Shown here: piece after piece, positions 36,168-41,316 of the stretch
Layout: each line of letters begins with the position of its first letter
Position numbering within the stretch: the stretch's first letter is position 1
Assembly (NCBI GenBank): GCA_017463565.1
Contig: JAFTOZ010000064.1
Span: 1 to 41,316 of the forward strand
Length of the DNA stretch: 41,316 nucleotides
From: Clostridia bacterium
Lineage (GTDB): Bacteria > Bacillota > Clostridia > Christensenellales > CAG-1252
Direction of reading: 5' to 3'
Program-made: the position numbers and the translations under genes
Notes under the pieces: model-generated
What the model was told of the DNA's origin: nothing
The model's database searches: none
Seen by the model: the letters and a program-made list of their open reading frames with translations, nothing else

Positions 36168-36770
36168 TTACCGTCTTTCTGCGTAGGGCAAAAGGATACT
36201 GCCCGGCGCAAGTACCATACCCGGATTGAGCACGCGGTTGCACCCCACCTCGGCACGGTCAGCAACCAGCGCGCCCAACTTGGTAAGTCCTGTTTGTAGG
36301 ACGGTGCCGTCGGGCAAGCATAGGCGAACCGTACGGTGGTCCAGGCGCACGTTGGAACAAATCACACCTGCACCAATATGCGCACGATAGCCCAAAATGC
36401 TATCTCCCACGTAGTTGAAATGAGGCGCCTTTGCCTCGTCGAACAATAGCGCGTTTTTCAACTCGGTAGCGTGGCCGACAATCGCGTTCTTTCCTATTAA
36501 TACGCCACCGCGCACGTACGCGTGCGGGCGCAACGTAGCACCGTGATCTATCAGACAGGGCCCGTCTATGTGTACGCTATCTGCAATGCGCACCCCTTGT
36601 CCCACCCATACGTCGGGGGCAACGGCTCGGTATTCCTCGGGCAAACGCCAAAACAGCGCCCGTAGCAAATCTGCCAAATTTTCGGGAATTTGCCACAGAG
36701 CAAGGTGTGCAGGGTAAGGGAGCAGGGTATGGCTCCAATCAAACCAACTATTGAGTTCCGCTACGTCCAT
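36168..36770 (-). CDS. Hexapeptide-repeat (LbH) acyltransferase, similar to the C-terminal domain of GlmU
   Basis: GPCLI, ELKNA, PHFNYVGDSILG, HIGAGVICSN, KLGA and VLNPG motifs. Confidence 0.85.
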   Translation of the reverse strand: MDVAELNSWFDWSHTLLPYPAHLALWQIPENLADLLRALFWRLPEEYRAVAPDVWVGQGVRIADSVHIDGPCLIDHGATLRPHAYVRGGVLIGKNAIVGHATELKNALLFDEAKAPHFNYVGDSILGYRAHIGAGVICSNVRLDHRTVRLCLPDGTVLQTGLTKLGALVADRAEVGCNRVLNPGMVLAPGSILLPYAERR

Positions 36771-36779
36771 ACGTTCTCC

Positions 36780-37637
36780 TTAGGCTTCGTGCAGGTGCAC
36801 AGGATACTGCCCACTCAGCACCAACGCCGCCAACCGTCTGCGCACGCCGACCAAATCTTCTGCGTGGGTGAGACCGCACCATTGCTCCTTTGCTATCTCA
36901 AGGCGCACGCCGTGGGGCTCTTGCGCCACCCATTGATTGATTGCGTGGGTGAGTGGATATTCCTCTGCCGTGTCTGCCTTTTGCAAAAACTGCGCAAAGC
37001 CTCTGCCAAGAATAGGGCGCACCGCAGGGGTGAGACTCATCAAATTCATCGATGCAGGCAAACTTTCTTGAATGCGGCGGCGGCAGGATTGATCGGCAGC
37101 CCATAGAGCCCCTTCTTCTCGCCACACGGCACACTCCACCAGCGCAGAGATTCTGGTCCCTTTGTGGGCAATCAGGGCGCGGTTGACCTGTCCTTCGGGT
37201 ACGGTGCTTCCCACGGCAAATCCCACCACGCAACCAACCCCTTGGGTTGCTGCACTTACCGCCCGTTCAATCGACTCTCTACCGTAGAAATCATCTGCGT
37301 TGCACAAAATGGCAGGCTGATCGAGGTATGCGCTCGCACACAGTAGGGCGTGGCCCGTGCCCAGGGGGAGAGTGCGGTGCTCGTAGCCGTACGCTTCGGG
37401 GGCAATCTGTGGGCAATAGCTGACTTTCATGCACCTGGCAAGCCGCGCACCCACCCCTTGTTTCCAAGAGGGGATTTCCTCTTGGCGTACGATCAGCACC
37501 GCTTCCTCCACGCCTGCCTTGCGGGCGTCATACACGGTATATTCCAGTAGGCACTGTCCACGTGTATCTACCGCCGCTTGCTGCTTGTTTCCGCCAAACC
37601 GACGGGCTTTTCCTGCCGCCAACACCACTATGCGCAT
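36780..37637 (-). CDS. Sugar-phosphate nucleotidyltransferase family protein
   Basis: VVLAAGKARRFGGNKQ, PLGTGHA and NADDFYG motifs. Confidence 0.85.
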   Translation of the reverse strand: MRIVVLAAGKARRFGGNKQQAAVDTRGQCLLEYTVYDARKAGVEEAVLIVRQEEIPSWKQGVGARLARCMKVSYCPQIAPEAYGYEHRTLPLGTGHALLCASAYLDQPAILCNADDFYGRESIERAVSAATQGVGCVVGFAVGSTVPEGQVNRALIAHKGTRISALVECAVWREEGALWAADQSCRRRIQESLPASMNLMSLTPAVRPILGRGFAQFLQKADTAEEYPLTHAINQWVAQEPHGVRLEIAKEQWCGLTHAEDLVGVRRRLAALVLSGQYPVHLHEA

Positions 37638-37711
37638 AACCACCCCCAACAAACCACTATATGCGGTCTGCTTGTAGGAGTGTGTATTGGGATAGAGGAC
37701 AAACGGCAAAG

Positions 37712-37734
37712 AAAAAACGCCCCGATGGGCGTTT
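37712..37734 (-). terminator. Intrinsic terminator after nrdG
   Basis: Minus strand AAACGCCC-atcg-GGGCGTTTTTT. Confidence 0.7.
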
Positions 37735-37748
37735 CCAATGGAAGAAAA

Positions 37749-38432
37749 TTATAGCGAGCGGATTTTCGTGGGCACGTACGCTTGGGCCTGCCGTTGCATT
37801 TCTCCAAGCATTTCCTCGCTCACACCGCTAAGACCTGGGGTCAGGTTTGTGCCGTGGTCGGCAAAGGGTTGCAAGAAGTAACGCTTAGCACCGGCAATCC
37901 AGGCGGCAATCTGCCCAATTTCCTGGGGGGTATGATATCCGGCCACAACGGTGGTGCGAAATTCGTAGTCCACTTTGCCCTCTTTGAGCAGAGCAATAGA
38001 GCGCTCGATGGCTGCTATATCCACCTCTACGCCTGCCGTTTTTGGGTAGGCAGAGGGCGCATTTTTGACGTCCATTGCCACGTAGTCTACCAATCCTGCC
38101 TCCACGAGCGCCGCCAATACGTCGGGTTTGGTGCCGTTAGTATCCAACTTGATGCGATAGCCAAGCGCACGTATGCGCACCAACAACTCGGGCAAATCCC
38201 GGTGGAGAGTGGGCTCGCCACCCGTCACACAGACCGCATCCACCAACCCTTTGCGCATACGCAGATAGGCAAAGATTTCCTCCTCGTCCAGGGCTTTTGC
38301 CCCAACTCCCGTCACAAGAGATGCATTGTGGCAAAAAGGACAGCGCAAATTGCAGCCCCCTGTGAATAGGGTGCAAGCCACGTAGCCGTCGTAGTCCACC
38401 AAAGAGTATTTTTCAATGCCGTATATTTTCAT
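37749..38432 (-). CDS. nrdG: Anaerobic ribonucleotide reductase activating protein (radical SAM)
   Basis: SLVDYDG..ACTLFTGGCNLRCPFCHN, TGGEPT, KLDTNG, DYVAMDVK and YEFRTT motifs. Confidence 0.88.
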   Translation of the reverse strand: MKIYGIEKYSLVDYDGYVACTLFTGGCNLRCPFCHNASLVTGVGAKALDEEEIFAYLRMRKGLVDAVCVTGGEPTLHRDLPELLVRIRALGYRIKLDTNGTKPDVLAALVEAGLVDYVAMDVKNAPSAYPKTAGVEVDIAAIERSIALLKEGKVDYEFRTTVVAGYHTPQEIGQIAAWIAGAKRYFLQPFADHGTNLTPGLSGVSEEMLGEMQRQAQAYVPTKIRSL

Positions 38433-38451
38433 GGCGCCTCTCTTTCCCCTC

Positions 38452-38507
38452 TTGTCAATGGGGAGCATATGCGGTATAATGATAGCATATTTCATACCGT
38501 TTGGCAA
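38452..38507. promoter_or_regulatory. Overlapping face-to-face promoters for nrdG and the Crp/Fnr gene
   Basis: Plus strand TTGTCA-N17-TATAAT (38452-38480). Minus strand TTGCCA-N17-TATCAT. Confidence 0.55.
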
Positions 38508-38536
38508 GGGGCAAACCCTGCCTGTGGAGAGGAAAA

Positions 38537-39160
38537 ATGTTTGCAAACAGCACGGAAACAGAATGGAAAGATGCCCAATCGGCATGGGGCATAGAATGTG
38601 TGCGCCTTGAGAAAGACGCCTATTTGATCCACGAGGGAGACGTGGCGGACTGTATCTTTTGGGTGCGCTCGGGTAGCCTCCTTGTGGTGGTGGACGACTA
38701 TTGGGGACGGCGCTCGGTGCTCAACACCGTAGGAAGCGACGGTCTGTTTGGGGCGGCGTATGCGTTTAGCGATAGCAAAACCTATCCTTTGTCGGTGGTT
38801 GCCGCAGAGGATAGCGTGGTGTGCCGTATTTCGGTGGAGAGGTTGCTAGCCTCCAAGGAGACGAATCCCACCCTCTACGTCAATATGATGTACGGTCTGT
38901 TGCGCGCAATCAGTAACCGTAGCGTAGCGCTGATTCATACCATTGAGCAGATTAAGCAACCCACCCTGCGCGACAAGATCATTGCCTATCTGACCTATCA
39001 ATCTCGCCAAGCCAAAAGCAACGAGTTTCGCATTCCTCTCACCAGGCAACAACTGGCCGACTATTTGGCGGTAGACAGAGCCGCCCTCTCAAGAGAAATA
39101 TCCCGTATGCAAGCAGAGGGTCTGCTTTGGACGAAAGGCCGCGAATTCCGCCTTTTGTGA
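38537..39160 (+). CDS. Crp/Fnr family transcriptional regulator
   Basis: cNMP-binding-like domain plus LTRQQLADYLAVDRAALSREI HTH. Confidence 0.92.
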   Translation: MFANSTETEWKDAQSAWGIECVRLEKDAYLIHEGDVADCIFWVRSGSLLVVVDDYWGRRSVLNTVGSDGLFGAAYAFSDSKTYPLSVVAAEDSVVCRISVERLLASKETNPTLYVNMMYGLLRAISNRSVALIHTIEQIKQPTLRDKIIAYLTYQSRQAKSNEFRIPLTRQQLADYLAVDRAALSREISRMQAEGLLWTKGREFRLL

Positions 39161-39299
39161 GCATAGCATACGGCAGGATATTATAGATCGCTTTCCACAT
39201 AATATTAATATATAGACAAAGTAATCCATAGGCGGATAAAGGGGTAAAATAGAAAATAAGAATTATTTTCAAATTTTTCAAAAAAGTTTCAAAAAAGTG

Positions 39300-39344
39300 T
39301 TGACAGATGGAAAAAGGTATGGTAAATTAGGAATGGTTACTGAT
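39300..39344 (+). promoter_or_regulatory. Sigma-A promoter with overlapping putative Fur/PerR-type operator
   Basis: TTGACA-N17-TAAATT. Imperfect 9-1-9 palindrome ATTAGGAATGGTTACTGAT at 39326-39344. Confidence 0.55.
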
Positions 39345-39345
39345 T

Positions 39346-39708
39346 ATGAACTATTCCAAACAACGAGAAGCCATTGTGATGGCCCTGCATACGCTCTACC
39401 ATCCAACCGCTGAAGAGATTCACGCAGAGGTGGCTAAAACCTTGCCTAAGGTGAGTTTGGGTACGGTGTACCGCAACTTGACCCAGTTGGTTGACCGAGG
39501 TATCGTGCGGCAACTGGTCGAGGGAGAAAAGGGGAAGGCGCACTTTGATGGAAACGCATATCCGCACGCCCACTTCGTGTGTTCTGCCTGTGGCCGTATC
39601 GTGGACGTACCGCTTGCCGAGCAAGCACCGCAAGGGTTGCAGGGATTCGTCGTAGAGCAAACGGTATGCACCTACAAGGGGCTTTGTCCCGAGTGTGCAG
39701 GAAAGTAG
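39346..39708 (+). CDS. perR: Fur-family regulator, probably PerR-like
   Basis: SKQRE, HPTAEEI, SLGTVYRNL, HAHFVCSAC and GLCPEC motifs. Adjacent to rubrerythrin. Confidence 0.8.
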   Translation: MNYSKQREAIVMALHTLYHPTAEEIHAEVAKTLPKVSLGTVYRNLTQLVDRGIVRQLVEGEKGKAHFDGNAYPHAHFVCSACGRIVDVPLAEQAPQGLQGFVVEQTVCTYKGLCPECAGK

Positions 39709-39773
39709 AGTAACCAACCGTTGAAAATCCACCGACAAGGTGAAAATATTAAAAATAGATAAGGAGATATGAT

Positions 39774-40316
39774 ATGAAGAAGTTTGTTTGTCCTATTTGC
39801 GGTTATGTTCACGTAGGTGAGAGTGCCCCCGAGAAGTGCCCCCAATGCGGTGTTCCCGGTAGCAAGTTCCGTGTAGAAGAAGGTGAAAGAACCTGGGCTG
39901 CAGAGCACGTTGTCGGTTGCGCACAAGGTTGCAGCGAAGAAATCCTCGAGGGTTTGCGTGCTAATTTCCAAGGCGAGTGCACCGAGGTTGGTATGTATCT
40001 GGCAATGGCTCGCGTAGCACATCGCGAGGGTTATCCCGAGATTGGTCTCTACTGGGAAAAGGCAGCTTGGGAAGAGGCAGAGCACGCTGCTAAGTTTGCC
40101 GAGTTGTTGGGTGAGGTTGTGACCGCCAGCACCAAGAAGAATCTGGAGATGCGTGTTGATGCCGAGAATGGCGCTACCGCAGGTAAGTTTGAGTTGGCTA
40201 AGCTTGCTAAGATGCAAAACTTGGATGCTATCCACGACACCGTACACGAAATGGCTCGTGACGAGGCTCGCCACGGCAAAGCTTTCGAGGGTCTTTTGAA
40301 GCGTTACTTCAGCTAA
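39774..40316 (+). CDS. rbr: Reverse rubrerythrin (NADH peroxidase)
   Basis: N-terminal CPICGY...CPQC, then a ferritin-like domain with EAEH and DEARH. Confidence 0.93.
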   Translation: MKKFVCPICGYVHVGESAPEKCPQCGVPGSKFRVEEGERTWAAEHVVGCAQGCSEEILEGLRANFQGECTEVGMYLAMARVAHREGYPEIGLYWEKAAWEEAEHAAKFAELLGEVVTASTKKNLEMRVDAENGATAGKFELAKLAKMQNLDAIHDTVHEMARDEARHGKAFEGLLKRYFS

Positions 40317-40345
40317 GAATCGCAAATACTCCCATAAATATATAC

Positions 40346-40374
40346 GAGGCTCAATCTTGGTTGGGCCTCTTTTT
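40346..40374 (+). terminator. Intrinsic terminator
   Basis: GAGGCTCAA-tcttgg-TTGGGCCTCTTTTT. Confidence 0.75.
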
Positions 40375-40450
40375 CCTTTGAAAGTCTGTGGCCTTGTGCT
40401 ATAATGAAAACAGCACACGGCGTGCGGAAGAAAGGACGAGGGAAGAAAGA

Positions 40451-40966
40451 ATGGTTATACTGATTACGGGAGCCTCACACACAGGCAAAACGGCGCTTGC
40501 GCAAAAGTTGTTGGAAAAATATAAATATCCGTATCTGTCGATTGACCATCTGAAAATGGGATTGATCCGCAGTGGCAACACAACCCTCACTCCCACGAGT
40601 GAGGATGAAAAGTTGACCGCATATTTGTGGCCTATTGTGAGAGAAGTCGTCTGCACCGCCATCGAAAATGGGCAAAACCTCATCGTTGAGGGGTGCTATA
40701 TTCCCTTTGATTGGAAAAAGGATTTCCCTGAGGAATATCTCTCTCAAATCAAATACTGCTGCCTTGTTATGAGTGAGCGCTACGTAAGGGAGCACTTTGA
40801 GGATATCAAGCGCTACGCAAACGTCATTGAGGTGCGACAGGACGACACTCCTTGCACCTTAGAGTCGGTACTTGCGGACAACGCAGCAGTATTGCGGTGC
40901 GCCAAGGAGCAAGGACTACCGTATTTGTTGATTGAGGAAAACTACGAAATAGAGGTTGACCTATAA
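40451..40966 (+). CDS. P-loop kinase-like protein (adenylate/2-phosphoglycerate kinase-like)
   Basis: ILITGASHTGKT, SIDHLKMGL and LIVEGCY motifs. Confidence 0.8.
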   Translation: MVILITGASHTGKTALAQKLLEKYKYPYLSIDHLKMGLIRSGNTTLTPTSEDEKLTAYLWPIVREVVCTAIENGQNLIVEGCYIPFDWKKDFPEEYLSQIKYCCLVMSERYVREHFEDIKRYANVIEVRQDDTPCTLESVLADNAAVLRCAKEQGLPYLLIEENYEIEVDL

Positions 40967-40981
40967 CCAAAGGATTTTGGA

Positions 40982-41316
40982 ATGAAGAATTACGTTGTAG
41001 AAAGCTACGAGGGCTATCAAGAAGAGAATCGCTTGGCAAGTGGCGCACGCAGAATTGAGTTTTTGACGACTGTGCGTGTACTGGACGGCTTGATCGAGGG
41101 AAAGAAAAAGATTTTGGACTGTGCTGCCGGCACGGGAATTTATGCTTTTTATTTTGCAGACAAAGGCCATGAGGTAACTGCAACCGACCTCACACCGCGC
41201 CATATTGGGATTATAGAACGTATCGCAAACACCAAACCCTACAAATTGGATACGCAGGTTTTGGACGCAAGGGATATGGGAGTTTTTGCCGACGAGAGTT
41301 TTGACGTTGTACTGAA
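40982..41316 (+). CDS. Class I SAM-dependent methyltransferase (3'-truncated)
   Basis: Manual translation MKNYVVESY...RIEFLTT...ILDCAAGTGIYA...VLDARDMGVFADESFDVVL. Runs off the window end. Confidence 0.88.
   Translation, partial: MKNYVVESYEGYQEENRLASGARRIEFLTTVRVLDGLIEGKKKILDCAAGTGIYAFYFADKGHEVTATDLTPRHIGIIERIANTKPYKLDTQVLDARDMGVFADESFDVVL

Noticed and set aside
39174-39219. NrdR-box-like sequences (TAATATATAG; also CACTATATGCGG near 37655)
   Set aside because: Several core mismatches, and they are not positioned at the nrdG promoter.

Overview
A 41.3 kb chromosomal segment from a spore-forming, anaerobic Clostridia-type bacterium. The lineage is inferred from the GerA receptor operon, sigma-G/K-like promoters, reverse rubrerythrin and InlB/BspA lipoproteins. 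No mobile element, CRISPR array, rRNA or tRNA was seen. The first 18 kb is a surface-structure locus: a 5'-truncated giant repeat protein of more than 3900 aa, two or three proteins with SipW/TasA-class signal peptides, and an InlB-B-repeat/BspA-LRR lipoprotein. The rest is housekeeping and sporulation: gerA operon, lipoprotein cyclophilin, metNIQ, esterase/CBM20/HAD/malQ, a collagen-like spore protein, an LCAT-like lipoprotein, short-type aspS, a beta-propeller/SH3 surface protein, a nucleotidyltransferase plus acetyltransferase pair, nrdG, Crp/Fnr, PerR-like regulator plus reverse rubrerythrin, a P-loop kinase and a methyltransferase. Three observations stand out. (1) An unannotated Met-containing leader peptide (MKWSTLIMRMHHARS) with a matching antiterminator and tandem terminators in front of metN, which looks like ribosome-mediated methionine attenuation instead of an S-box or T-box. 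(2) A nested architecture in the giant protein, where a rubredoxin split by about 800 aa of helical repeats sits inside a split YDG-type repeat. (3) A putative SipW/TasA-like fibre system displaying the giant adhesin. All family assignments are from motif recognition by eye; no searches were run.
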